From: Marsupella aquatica
Lineage: Eukaryota; Plantae; Marchantiophyta
Assembly (NCBI GenBank): GCA_973895155.1
Contig: OZ316896.1
Location: 14,852,684-14,916,683, forward strand
Length of the DNA: 64,000 bases
Direction: 5' to 3'
The notes under the pieces were generated by a model. It was not told the origin of the DNA, made no database searches, and saw only the letters and a program-made list of their open reading frames with translations. Both the position numbers and the translations under genes were made by a program. Positions 39,728 through 52,830 of this stretch are shown piece by piece. The stretch's first letter is position 1; each line of letters begins with the position of its first letter.

Positions 39728-42622
39728 TCAATCGTAATCTGCCGTGAAAGGTGAACCTGCCGGCGCCACCAATCCAAGTTGCCGCATGACTCTCAGCCTA
39801 CGCATCGTTCGCTGTGGTTTCCTTTCAACTCTCCCCTCCTCCTGGACAAGAAATGAAATCATTACACAACGAACTGGCAACTCTTTTAACATTCTGAATG
39901 ATAAAATGATTCGAAACATGAACACAAGTGAACGCGCACTTCGAGAAGGCCAAAACTAACCTCGAACAAAACTTTTGGTTTCCTTTTCCTTGGAGTTTTC
40001 CTCTCCTTAGGTTCAATGTCCGGTCCCGGCGAAACCTTCAGTACCTCCGGTGATTCTAGTACCCCTGTACCCCACACACCCACTGAGAAAACTGTCCATG
40101 CATGTACACTAGGAGATCAATTGTGCTACTAAGGTTTACACATATGCAACCCCTTTCTGCAGAAAACTCATACAAGGAGTCATGTGCATGGATTTCACTT
40201 ATTCAAGAGTTCAGTAACACACCCGTGCTGTGACCATTCTGACTCTTGTCATACACCGGATCCCACTTATCAGGTAGTTTTCCCGAGGATCGAAACTCAT
40301 TCGCCTGACGACACCCAGATGAATTGTTGGTCAGTCTCAATTCACAGGCAACCTTAGCCACCGAGTCTTGTTGTGGACTAGGGTAGTCGTAATGTTGCTT
40401 CACAATAACAGCAAAATGGTATTCTTGACAGCCCTATTAGATACGCTGCAAGACTTCCTTTTAACCAGAGATGAAGTGGATCACCCATTTAAAACACGGA
40501 CAGTTTCATGAAACATACCTCTTCTACACCTTTTTGCAGAGCTTTTTTCCGTAGGCGACTCCTTTCTGCAAGTTTCTGCACTTCAACAGCTTCAGTCAGA
40601 ATTTGCACGTTTAAAGATTCTGATTAGGGGAGAACAATTTTCCTTTCCAGATCCCAGCCAAGAAAGGTAATACAGGTATATAAAAATCTCTAAGTTCATT
40701 GAGAGAACCACCTACCACATCAAAACCTGATAGGTTCACAAATGGGTCGACCCAGCCACTGCAAACAAGAGATCAATATGTTACTTCACATGAATCTATA
40801 AACCTTGTTTGATGGACTTCAGACCAGCTGAGTAATACCTTAGGCTGCAACTTAACGAAGTACACAACTGTCTAGCTTCTCAAACTACTCTGCATACACA
40901 TGGCAAGAGCGTAACAGAAGCCTTCACGGAAATAGACTGGAAAATCAAGGTTCTTGCAATGAGGGTGAAAGAGAACAAACTAGTCATAGGTGCCGAAGAA
41001 GCGCACCAAAACATCCGTGTCTGCTGACGGTGTCCCTCCTTTACCTTCCAGACTTCCTCTTTGATCGATCACCTGCCAAATAATTTTTGGTAGGAGGATC
41101 AGCCAGCGCAAATTCGGAAACAAAGAAACCTCCTGAGACAAGTGTTGCTTGGTATATGATTTTCCTATGACTACTGTGAATATTTCATTGGTCTTTGTCT
41201 CCAAGCCTGCTAGATAACCACTTGTTACTGTAGTGTCAATTGCACACCTAACCTCTGGCCAAGTTGAAAGTCATACGCACCAGGGCAGGCCACCACGGGA
41301 ATCGTGCATATTTAGCCCAAACGAGTTGATCAGGAACAAAGGAATGCTTTGAAGGTCTTAACGGGCCTCCGTTAGCGCCTTCCTGAGCAGTGTCGTTTCC
41401 CTTGGTTTCCTTTCGATGCTTGTTTGTTTTGCCATTTGAAAGGTACCCATGTCCATTTGCATGATTTGCATCCATGTCGGAACCTGATTCTTCTCTTCCA
41501 TCGCCATTATCCACACTCACTTCTTCACTATTCTGAGTGTCTCTCAGAGCCAGCCCACCTTCATCCCTGGCATTTGCACCCCGGTACTGATCATCTGCAA
41601 ACGCACACGCAAATGAGAATCAGTTAATGTACACTTGCATCCGTGTAAATGCAACAAATTCAGTCAACAATAACGAATCGGTCTCAGACAGGTTGCGTGA
41701 CCTCAGCATCTCTTCATATGAACATCTGAAACTCAATGCATGCGACATTGAAATGGTGAACAAAACACTTGTTGGTGACATTTCCACCACACAAGAACAA
41801 GAAATCATAATTCTTGATCGCTATGTGCAAAACCAAAAAGCGATACTCGCAAGGCTTATCCCCCTGAAGAATCCTCATGTTACGGAGGACATTCTCCATC
41901 AGACTGCCGGTTGTAAAATACAGATGCGTTTGGCACATTTATGCTAGACACTCAATTTCCCGTGATGCTGTAAGGATATTGACAAGTTATCCATTGCCAA
42001 TCCCTTCCCACAGAAATTGATATTGAAAGTAAAGATGCGAGGTGCCCTCAATCTTGGAGACAAACCAAAATCCCTGTCCTCATCTGGTGGATGCAGGGAC
42101 TTGGAGAGAAAAGGACACGAATATCTTGAGCAATGGTCCAAAAATGAACGGGCCTACGAAACTTTTGATCTGAGAGGGAAAGACCTCAGCGAAAGGCCCC
42201 GAATAAACGAAACGACCAATCTGTGTTCCCTTCAATGGCGAGGGAGAAAAGGAATGGATGGTTTTGGGGAGAGAGAGAAAACCTCGAAGGTCTATGACAT
42301 GGTGTTCATAGCTGTCGTCAGAATCGTACATGGGCACCGAAGGTGTAGTGGGAGCGGCAGCAGCAGCAGCAGCAGCAGCAACGGCTTTCACAGAAGCAGC
42401 GGCTGCTTTTGCCTCCGACCCTCTTCCTCCTGTCTTTCTTCCATTGCTCGCCGCACCTCTCCTCCGCGGCAACGTTGCTGCTGATCCTCGCGATTGCTGC
42501 TGCTGCTTGGGCTGCTGCTTCTTTGGCAGTTTTTTCTTCTGCTGCCCGCCAGCAGGAGCAGCAGCAACCCCTGCCCCCTTCGCCACCGCTACTGCTGCCT
42601 TTGGTTTCACATTCACCCGCAT
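39728..42622 (-). CDS. PWWP-domain (Tudor/PWWP/MBT superfamily) protein, 8 coding exons
   Basis: Exons 42622-42283, 41594-41281, 41072-40981, 40758-40716, 40575-40519, 40304-40223, 40082-39961 and 39841-39728. PWWP core: FVPDQLVWAKYARFPWWPAL|VID...VLVRFFGTYDY|GWVD. Basic NLS-like KTPRKRKPK; C-terminus RRLRVMRQLGLVAPAGSPF...*; low-complexity Ala/Gln/Lys N-terminus. Confidence 0.85.
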
Positions 42623-43034
42623 CTCGCCGTTGTCAAAGACCTCCTCCGAATTGTCTTGTCCTTCGTTCCAATCCTTCCCACAAAAAGAAAAAATCTCCCC
42701 TCGTCAACTAGAGGTCTTCTTCCATTCACCACACATAACCCCCTCTGCGGCTCAATCCAATCCTGCGCTTTCAAACTATCATCGGTCCGCCCTCTTTCTC
42801 TCCTGTTCTGGGCTCAAAAATCCTCAAACCCCCAAGACCCTCCCTCTCCCTGTCCACGCACAGGCACGAACGAAACAAATGGACAGGCAGACAGACAGAG
42901 CGGACAGAGGACGGACGAACCCTCTTCAACCGAAAGTAACGGCACCTTCCTTGAGTCCCATCGTCCCCCTCCCTCCTCTCTTCTTCTCTTTTTCCCCTTC
43001 AGGGAGAGTCTTCCCCATTCATTTCTCGAAATTC

Positions 43035-43730
43035 TCCCTTCGTCTTCGTCGTCTTCGTCGTCTTCTTCTTTCCCCTTCGCCCTGTCTTCCCCAGAATAGT
43101 ATAATTATCCTCCAGCAGCAGAGCGAGACCAAGGCCAACACAGCACAACACAGCTATCTTCCACTAAAAGACCTCCACACCCGAATTCCGCAGAATGCAG
43201 ATCGAATGAATGCCTCCTCTCCTCTCCTCTCCTCTCCTCTCCTCTCTCCTCTCCTCTCCTCTCCTGCTAGTGGCTGAATGACGCAGAGCCCGGTTACTCG
43301 CAAAACCCAGCCCCCGGATTTCGGTGGTGCCGACAGCGCATGCTGCCGCAAGCAATTCAGCGGCCGAGGCGACGCAAGAGGCAAGCAAGAAAGCAATCAG
43401 GCTCTACAACACTACCAAAGGAAGCGAGAGAGAGAGCGAGGAGACAGTCAGCAGACTCGATCACGAGAACATGGGACGGGAATTCCAGCCCCAAGCATTC
43501 CAAAGCATTGGAGGGGAGCAGCAGCTGCAGCCGAGTTTACTAGAGAGGCAACCAGAAGAAGAAAGCAGAGCAGAGAAAACAAGTAAAGTAAAGTAAAGTC
43601 AAGCCAAAGCCAAAGCCACGCCGCGCCGGGAAGAACAGCTTATTACAACCCACGAGCAGCGTAGCTTCGCGTTGCATTGCATTACATTGCGTGGCATCGA
43701 ATTGCGTTGCGACGCATTGCATTGCGCAGC
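43035..43730. repeat. Microsatellite-rich leader/promoter of the PWWP gene
   Basis: (CGTCTT)n near 43040, (TCTCC)n at 43214-43265, (AAAGT)n/(AAAGCC)n near 43580-43617, and a pentamer array (GCATT/GCGTT) at 43668-43727. Confidence 0.75.
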
Positions 43731-45929
43731 AGGAGAGAGGAAAAGCGAAAGCGAGGAACGGAAGGATTCCCGAGTGGAGAGCGTCGTCGTTTGTAGTGAG
43801 GGAGGGATTTTCGGAAGAGGGCAAATCAGTTCACTGCTGCAGCAGAAAAGACCTGTTTGGATGCAGAGCATCCCCACGGTATCCTGCTCTTTATTTCTGG
43901 CACGGTATTCCATGGTATTATGCAGGGTTCCGTTTGCAAGATGGGCCTGCCCCCTTTCTCGCGCATGATGAGTGGAGCTATCAGTTTTTCAGCTCTAACG
44001 TACCCCAAAAGCCCTTTAAAATACACACAGTATAATAACCCGTTCTGGCCCATCATATGTTTAGGAATTGCCATCTGGGTAGGGAGAAATCCTGGCCGTT
44101 TGCTTAAAATTTATTTTCTTGTCATAGTTGATGGGCCAGCAATACCTCCCTGAGCGCCGTCTGGCTTGTAGCATATGCCTACCCTCTGGGCCTTGCCTAG
44201 GCAACTGTGCCTTATGCTTTGTTTCTTGCCCTCACCCTTGCTATTGGTGCCTTGCCCTCCCTAATTGTGCAACGCAGCAGCATTGGGAACTTTGTGTAGA
44301 AATTATGCAGATTGAACAAATGTTTATTTTAATTTTTTTCTATCCTGGAGCCCTCAGTAATTCTGGGAATGATCAATCTATGTGGCAAGTTCTGACTGTG
44401 TTAGTAAGTTTAATGCAACCCCCAAAACGAATTTGTTCACTATTCTCTTCTGCTCAATCTCTCCTTTTGGTCCGTTTTCCTTCGAACATAGAAAGCAAAC
44501 GTAACGCAATTCAGCGATTCTGGGTGAGGCCGTGACAACTCTCTCGTCAAGTGTGGAGAGCACGTTGAGAGTCATTTGGCGGAGAGGATTTGCAATTTGG
44601 CGAAACGAGCTTTCGTTTTCTTCGGATGCGTTGACAGAATCGAGGGAATTTTCTTTCTCGGACTCCGTTGCGGATTGGACGGATTCGGGCTTGTCGTGGC
44701 AGAGTTTCGGTGGGAATTGGAAGCTCACTTTTTCGACCGATTTTGAATTGTGTGGAGAGCTGTAGCTGTGCGTGTGGGTGGGCTCCTCGGCGAGGATCTG
44801 GTCGACGATTGGTTGATAGAAATCTCTTTCGACCTTGGAACCAGGTGAGAGATTCGGATCGTTATATACATGCACTTTACTTGATACGAGCTCGGCCGAT
44901 AGAAGATGCCGATAGACCTAGCTTCTTCCTGTCAGCTCGGGCTCATTAACTACAAATTTTCAGCATTTCTTGGATTATAGGAGCTTAGAACGTTGTTCTG
45001 CGATAAAACTGACAGTTCTCTAGCTAGCTAAGAATCCTGGCTCCTTGGTGGAGTTGCACCGTTTTTCTTAAATTTGTCTAAGTTTTAAGATTACGTTACA
45101 GCGGAGTTTTCCGGTTTTTTTTTCGCGAACTCCATGAAATTCATAAGTATTCGTCAGTCATATGGCAGCCTAGTATCTGCAAGGGTTGAAGGGTGAGGCA
45201 GTTTTTCGATAGGACTGACGTTGTAGAGACTGGAATTCCCTCAGCCTAGGAGATCTAGTGAGACTTTGGATCAAGTTAACCACAAAAACTAGATTCGACG
45301 TGCCATTCAAATTAGTGGTCGCTCTACTTCGAACGATAGAAAGTAAAATTGGAATTTTCTGGGTCGACAATGAAGGTCTTTCAGCTAAATAAGTCCAATT
45401 CCCTCAGCCAGAAGATGCGAATGTGATACCCCGTGAATACAGGCTGTATGTGACGCTCACCAGTCTACATCGATGGACAGGAGCCCAGCTGTTGCTCCAT
45501 AATAATAATAATAACAAGTGCTGCAACCCAATCTCCTGCTGTGATTTTCGTTGTTGCATCTGAAAGCAGCCGCATCCACGACGAAAAAGATGCAGTGGCG
45601 AGTGAGGTTTAGGGTTTCTACAGCTGTGAAGAAGAGTTCACGCTACACTACTCATCTTGTGTTTTGTCTAGTGGACTATACATCCTCGCAGCAGCAACGA
45701 AGACGAGGTCTCCTCCTAAACTACAACAGCAGCATCTGCGCTGTTGTACAGTACATTTTGAGTGGGAAAGGTTATCATCTCTAGCGACACTGTGGAGTTG
45801 GCCTGTCTGTGGGTGGTGTCTATGGCTAGTTTGTTCGAGAAATGGCTACTCAATTTCACGGTGTGTGCAGCCATCAATGCGTCGTATGTTCATGTGAGGC
45901 ATCACTGAGAGGATAGGAATGTATGGGAA

Positions 45930-46335
45930 GTGGGGAAGGGTCTTGGAGAAGTTTGGTTCTGACCTTCTTGGGAAAAATAAAATCAAGGTAGGCACTTGCA
46001 ATTGCTAAATTGTATGCTCCTTGGGATTCCGCTGAGAAGGAAGCCGATGCGCTAGTTCAGTATTAGTTAGAGAGGTAATGTAGGTGGAAGTTGATCGATT
46101 TATTCTTGTGCTACTATCCCAGATGCAGTGAATCTACGTGTGTTTCGTAGCAAAGTATCTGTGCACCGTTGAATGGGGAATGGGCTTGGAGAAGTCTGGT
46201 TCTGACCTTCTCGGGAACAACGAATCAAGGTAGCACTTGCCATGGCTAAATTGTATGCACCTTGGCATTCTGTTGAGAAGGAGGCTGAAGCGCTAGTTCA
46301 ATGTTAGCTAGAGCTACTGTAGGTAGAAGGTTATT
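45930..46335. repeat. About 165-bp imperfect direct duplication upstream of the QPRT core
   Basis: cttggagaagt(t/c)tggttctgaccttct...atcaaggtag...gctaaattgtatgc...gagaagga...gcgctagttca occurs near 45940 and 46185. Confidence 0.8.
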
Positions 46336-46870
46336 CACCTATTGTGAGAATTTTGCTCGAGAACGCAGGTTTGCTATGATGGGAATTGTTTCAGCAATTG
46401 TTTCAGCTGATTCAAACGTGCATATCTGTACCACTCTGCTAATTATAACAAGAATCGGCAGTGGTACTGGTGGACGATAATTGGGAGCGGGATTAGGTGT
46501 TGGTCTACGCTGCTTTACGATCTCAATTCTGTATCTTCTTTGTTCCTGGGCTCGTCTAGTTCGTAAAGCTGTTTGTTTGATCTTGTCGTTGAGGAGTAAT
46601 CTAGTGACAGTAATGATTATCTTCTGTTCGAGAAGCATTCGGGATGTCGGGGGTGTCGGGTGATGACTCATTCCTTTTTTTCGAGTGTAGTTTGTGGTAT
46701 GGACTTCCGGAGTGGAAACTGAGCTAAGTGTGGGCTGTGGTTGGGAGAAGTCTGTGGGGCAGGTCTCTTAGTGATTCTTACGTTGTAACTGGGCATCAGA
46801 CTGTTCTCATCGTAGGTGTGAAGCTGCCGCCATAACGGTGTCGAATACAGCCAGTAGAAACGGAGCGAAA

Positions 46871-49623
46871 ATGCCGATACCACCTCCTGCTCATCCGACT
46901 TATCAGCTTCTGGATGTAATCAGATATGCACTCGCAGAAGATGCAGGAGATCGAGGTTTCATTCTTTCCGTGGGCCTCTTTGTCTTGTCGCTCCTCCTCG
47001 GTGGTCCAACAGTCCTAATTTTCGTTGAGGTTGCCGAATACTCCTCCTGGAGATATAGTTTAGTGAAAAGCCAGAGTGCAATGTTTTTTTGGGTCAGCTC
47101 GAGTAGCTAAATTGTACGTGGCAGGTGTGTGGGTACAGGTGACATTACATGTTTCTCGACAATTCCGCAAGAAACTAAAGCACAAGCTCAATTTCTCGCC
47201 AAAGCCGATGGGATCATCGCCGGTATTGATTTGGCTGAGATGATTTTCAAGGAGGTTGATCCCGACCTGCTGGTAAGTCGTATGTGGTTGTCTCGAACAT
47301 GCTTGGGGATGTCACAGAGGCCAATGCATCTTTCAGAAAAATTGTCAAATGTGGTTCTTGAGTCTGTATATGAATCCTTCACAGATATGTTCTCCAGACT
47401 GTAGCGCAGGTTTCTGTGACTCAGAAGTAGATTTATATTCGTCGTAACTTCTTTTGTTGTTGAAAGCCAAAGTTGCAGTCTTACACCTCACAATGTTGGC
47501 GTCTTCCCACATGACAAACTTCTCACCATTGCAGCTCATTGGTCCGCAGAATAGACTCCTACCGAGCTATGATAAAAAGAAATTGCTTATAACTCTTCGA
47601 GGTTTTTCGCATAACAGGTGGAGTGGCAGGTGCAGGACGGGGATGCAGTCAGGAGTGGTCTCAAGTTCGGTTCTGTTCAAGGTAAGTTGCCGGTGGTAGG
47701 ACATTTGTTTGAGTTTCAATTCCAGTCAACCCAATTGAGAGCCGTTGCAGGGTTCCATGCAACGGCTTTCAGTTGATGCGGTGATCAGCAGATTCAGTAA
47801 CGTCTGGTGGTTTTCATTTGGCTGCAAGAAAAATCATCTGGAGAGAATCCAAGCTCATTGCCTCTACTCCTTGATTTGCAGGTAATGCTAGGAATCATCT
47901 GGAGAGTATCCAAGCTCATTGCCTCTACTCCTTGATTTGCAGGTAATGCTAGGAGTATACTAATAGCTGAACGAGTGGTGCTGAATTTTATGCAGCGAAT
48001 GAGTGGGATTGCTACCAGCACGAAGGTATGTCATGCGTTCCTCATTAAAAAAGTAGCTATATTGCCCTTTAAAATCTCAGAATTTGGGTGGTCCAGAGTC
48101 AACTGAACACATCATAGGCTGCTGCTCGTCCAATCATAATCTTTTGCACCACTATTGAGTCTTTTCTTCTTCATGTGATCAGAAAATGGCAGAAGCTGCA
48201 AGACCTGCTCGGATTCTGGATACTAGAAAGACAGCTCCAGGATTGCGACTAGTCGATAAGTGGGCGGTATGACGTCCTTTGTGCTACTTCATTTCCAGTT
48301 TGGACTCTTATATAACTGTCATTCCCAAGTCTTTTCCAGTATCGTTTATTTAACGTCCCATCTGGCAGGGACTGTTATGTTTTCAAAATAATGATTTGTT
48401 GTTTTCTTTCAGGTTTTGATAGGTTCTGGTGAAAACCACCGAATGGGACTTTATGATATGATGATGGTGAAAGACAATCATACTGATGTGGCAGGTGGCA
48501 TAAAAAATGCAATTGCTGCAGCAGATCAATATATCAAAGCGAACAAGCTCGATGTGGGAGTGGAGGTAATCTTTCACGATCTCGATAACCTTTCCTTTTC
48601 AGGCTTGGTCGGGGTGCATCACTTGAATACTGAGTCCGGTTCTCCTTCTAAGTTTGAGCTTGATGTTTTTGCATGTTTGAAAGACATGTGCAAAACTCGT
48701 AGCCTCAAGTGAGTTTTATGCTAGAGCTTCGAGTGGCAAAAATGAGGGACAGTTATTTTGCGGTGTACTGCACTAATTGCTCTCACTCGTAGCAGATGGA
48801 AACAAGGACATTGAAGGAAGTTGAGGAGGTTTTAGAATGTATTAGAGATGGCTCTGGGAAGGTGGTGACACGTATAATGCTAGACAATATGGCAAAAAGG
48901 TTACCAGAAGGCGGGATAGATGTTTCTTTGCTCCAGCAAGCGGTCCACCTCATCAATGGTGCGGTTGAGACAGAGGTACGTGAGACCCAAATCTGAATGA
49001 ACTGCATCAAGCATCAAAGCAAACGAGTTTCGGTTTCAGTAGTTGGAGTGGTTCGAGAAGGTGTGGAGTGTTCGTTATCTGTTTTCATGAGGATTGCTTG
49101 AGAGCATTCAAGGAAAAATCATGTCTAAAAATTGCTGTTGTATGATCTAGGCTTCAGGCAATGTCACATTGCAAACTGTGAAGGAAATAGGTGCAACTGG
49201 AGTAACGTACATCTCCAGGTGAGTGCCCATGGGATCATCATAGTTGTGTGCTTTCAACCCTCTGCATTTTGGAAACAGAATGAGTCGGGACATGGAACTT
49301 TTCTAGAGTCTGTTTTAACTATCTGACATCTGACAGCAAGGAATGATCAATTATATTTTAGTGTTTGCTTAATGTGTCTGGGATTTCAGATGTGGGGAAT
49401 GAATGAAAGCGTGCAGAACTCCCGGAGGAGATTCTGCTGCTAGATACATTGACATTTAGCACATTTACAGGGACCAATATAAAATAGTCAGTCCTTGTTG
49501 GGTACCTGCCTGTGGTAACCTTCTGAAATGTTGGTCTCCCGTTTGTGATGATTGTGCAGTGGTGCATTGACACACTCCGTGCAGGCTTTAGATATATCTT
49601 TGAAGGTGGCCGTGCAAGTCTAG
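46871..49623 (+). CDS. QPT: Quinolinate phosphoribosyltransferase (nicotinate-nucleotide pyrophosphorylase; de novo NAD synthesis); true start may be further upstream
   Basis: [16 protein letters not shown]|DIT; [16 protein letters not shown]; [18 protein letters not shown]; [16 protein letters not shown]; RIMLDNM; EASGNVTL...[22 protein letters not shown]; TAG at 49621-49623. Exons start at 46816/46871, 47139, 47618, 47943, 48183, 48413, 48796, 49151 and 49560. Confidence 0.93.
47832..47954 (+). repeat. 61-bp near-perfect tandem duplication spanning a QPRT 3' splice site
   Basis: aatcatctggagag(a/t)atccaagctcattgcctctactccttgatttgcag|gtaatgctagga occurs twice, with acceptor AGs at 47880-47881 and 47941-47942. 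Confidence 0.95.
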
Positions 49624-50219
49624 AAACCAAATATTGTTCTTAAAGTCCAGGCATAGATTAAAGTATTCAAGGTGGAATCCTGTGTAGCATGTCATAAGTA
49701 GGATATACTTTGGATTGATCCTGGACATATGGGCCAAACCCGAGGGAGGTTACTGAAGTTCAGTTCAACCGGGCCAGTGACCAAAGAGAGTTTGGTCACA
49801 ATGAGCCGAAGGCACTAGTTTAAATACTGAACTTACTTCTTGAATAACTAAGTGAAGGGGTATCCCCATGGTGAATGCTAAGAGTGGGACGCTTTCATTT
49901 TTTTTTGCCATAAACAGTGATTTTGGGCAGGAAAAAAAAATTAGAGGCTCATTCCCATAATGGAATGGGCTGGAATTTTTATAAACACACAGAGATCATA
50001 TATGAACGAGTCTTCTGGAAAAGTTTTAAGGGAAACCCAGCTCTTATCGAAAATAGAATAGCTGCAAATTTAAAATTTTATTTGTTGGATGGGGGTTGGA
50101 CGTTTTTTGAAAGAAGGAAAAAAAAATTCTGGCAAGAGTCCTAGAACCTCTAAATTTCTAGCGGCACGGAATGCGCTGAAAGCTTACCAGTGTATAGAGT
50201 AGGAAGTAAAACTTATGGA

Positions 50220-50665
50220 AAACATTTAAGGTCACTGGTATCAGATTTGGAAACAAAAAATCTTCAAGTATGGGGGGGGTGGGGGGTGGGTGTTCTTTGA
50301 ATGAAATGGAATACAGTTATTGATGGAAACTACTAGAGTAGGATATATGGAATGAACGGTATATGTGCTTTTTGAACTGTATATGCTCAGTTTAGATGGT
50401 ATAAAATAAATTTCCCTTTATTTTGATTGTGTAACAATATGGTGTGGGGCCTATTTTCGGCTCCCCATTGGCTGAATTGAAGTGGATGTTAATTTAGAAG
50501 GGATGCTATTTTAAAAGGTCCAAATGCTATGTATGCCATTCAAAAACTGTACATAATGTTCTGGTCGTGTATCCCAATCGTGTATTCCATCATATTCTGC
50601 ACCCCCACCCCCAGACTTGCCTATTTTTCGTTTCCAAATCTGAAATAGCTTGACCCTAAAACTTT
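50220..50665. mobile_element. MITE/foldback element with long imperfect inverted repeats
   Basis: tcagatttggaaacaaaaaat...caagtatggggggg...atggaataca (50240-50315) is the reverse complement of tgtattccat...cccccacccccagacttg...atttttcgtttccaaatctga (50580-50645). Confidence 0.7.
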
Positions 50666-52750
50666 TCTAGAGCATGCTTTACAACCACATACATACAGAA
50701 TTTGGGATGAGGGTCCAATCTGTATCAAATGAAATATTGGAGTCCATCATGGCAGGTTTTACACCAACGGGGGCTTGAACTTTCATGAAATATGGCTGTG
50801 TATGTTTTAGGGCATTTATTTTCTCCAATACATAATTGCTTTGAAAAGTATATCATGCAATGACCCATCAATCTAGGCATATGAAACTCAAGTCCAAAAG
50901 GTTTTACTATGTAAAACAGAAGCAAAATTTGAGAGTCTTTGCATGACTTAAAATCCTGGCATCTTAACCTCTTGTTGCCTTACACATTAATGCATGACCT
51001 TAATTGTTAACTACTTCTTTCATTGTAGCACATTCTGACTATGTTAGGTGTTTTTAGGCATCCAAACCATTACAAGGTAACAAGTTAGAAACTAGATTTA
51101 GTTGAGTGGCATCTTACTAGCTTTGCACAATATGGGGTAGGTTTCACTTTGAGAGAGTATCTTTCTGCATAATTGTTTAGCATTATGCCTTTATCAACAC
51201 TAGTTTACACTCAGAGTTTTTGGACAGAACGTCTGGATTAATCATAACTTAAATATCTTATATTTGTCTAAACAATGAACATGGATTCCAAAAGGAGGTA
51301 GAGGGATGGGCAAGCATAGTGTCTCCAGAAAACATGATAAACTTAATCAATGATCAGTCACCCATTTTCTCAGAGCAAGCAATCCATATGTTTTTATTAG
51401 CTTGTCCTGCTAAAGCTTGACCCCCATACCTACCATTGCATGAAGTTCTAAACTTAGCCTTGAACTAATATAGTTTACCCCCATTTGTACTCTAGGCTAA
51501 AGAGGGCTCTTCTTTCGCCTTTTTGACAAGTTGTTTGGATTCTTCTATTTTATTAGTAAGTTCAACAACTGACTCATAACAATGAATTGTCAAAACTGGG
51601 ATTGCCACTAGATTTTTACAAGTTATCACAATGCCATTGTTTTTGTTTTTGGTTTAAGAAAATTAACCTAGATTAGCTCCTTCACATCCAATGGCTCTCA
51701 TTGCACCAGGTCCTGCAATCCGATGTGTTTAGTCTCCCTCAAGGTGACTTTGACCACCCTCAGCAGGACAAAGGCAGTGGTCATGTGTAGGATGGGAGGA
51801 CAGCTAGGACCACCATTGGTCAACTGGCCCAAGGGTGGTCAAAGTCATATTGAGGGAGACCTGGGGCTCCGACCGCAAAACTGAGTGCAATGACAACCAA
51901 TGGATGTGCATAGAAAACCATTGAGATAAATAGAAACACCAGTGGCAAGGTATGTATGTTTTGTATTTTTTGGTGCTTTATGAAATTGATGCACATTAAT
52001 CCAAATTTGGATCAAGGTATTATGAACCCTCTTCTCTACTTTAGCCACTAGTAAAATCACAAAATCAGTAGGGACTTTAAATGTATTAATATGAGGGCAA
52101 TAACAGCCCCTCAAAACTCAAGCTAATGCCTCATTGGGGGCGGGGTGGGGGCTTTGGCTCACACTGTGCTATTACCAGGGATATATATATATATATCCTA
52201 AACCTTCCAGAAAACCTATACTTTGTCAAACTATCTGTTGAACCAAAAACAAGAAATAAAGTAGGCATCCAGAAAACTTTGCAGTAAGGACTAAAGAAAT
52301 AAAATAGCTGACTTCCAGAAAACTTTGCTGCAAGAAAAGCTTCATTTTGCACCCTCTAATTAATGCAGTCACTCATGGGAGGGCCTTACCTTACACTTTA
52401 CTCCAATTTAACAAGACATTTTGGCAGTCTGACAGTTACTAGGCTGTCATCCTATTTTGTCAGATTATATACTTTGCACTCATTTTAGTTTCAGTAGTAC
52501 TTTACCATCATTTTTAACCATGGTTAGTAACACTAACTCAGATGATCTCAAAATGATCAAACGGTGCATTCAGGTTAGTCATTTGACAAAGTATAGGTTT
52601 TTTTGGAAGGTTTAGTACATACAAATCCCTGGTAACAGAACAGTGTGAGCCAAACCCCCCCCCCCCCCACCCCACCCCAATGAGGCTTTAGCTTGAGGAG
52701 AGGCATCTTGATCATTTTGACTAACCTTAATCCAAAATTATGATCATTTT

Positions 52751-52830
52751 GAGTCACACTGTAAAGCCTGAGGCCCACTATTCTAATAGAGTCACACTAT
52801 AAAGCCTGAGGCACATTATTCTAATAGAGT
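52751..52830 (+). promoter_or_regulatory. 38-bp tandem duplication in the FHIT upstream region, with site-II-like GGCCCA and TATAAA
   Basis: gagtcacact(g/a)taaagcctgaggc(cc/ac)a(c/t)tattctaata occurs twice; GGCCCA is also near 52839. Confidence 0.5.

Noticed and set aside
42330-43277. 315-aa plus-strand ORF and overlapping 201-aa and 155-aa ORFs
   Set aside because: They are antisense shadows of the GC-rich, low-complexity PWWP exon 1 and CT-rich leader, with no domain signature.
48790-48795. NAGNAG tandem acceptor (TAGCAG) in QPRT
   Set aside because: Common and would change only one residue (plus or minus Gln), so it is not unusual.
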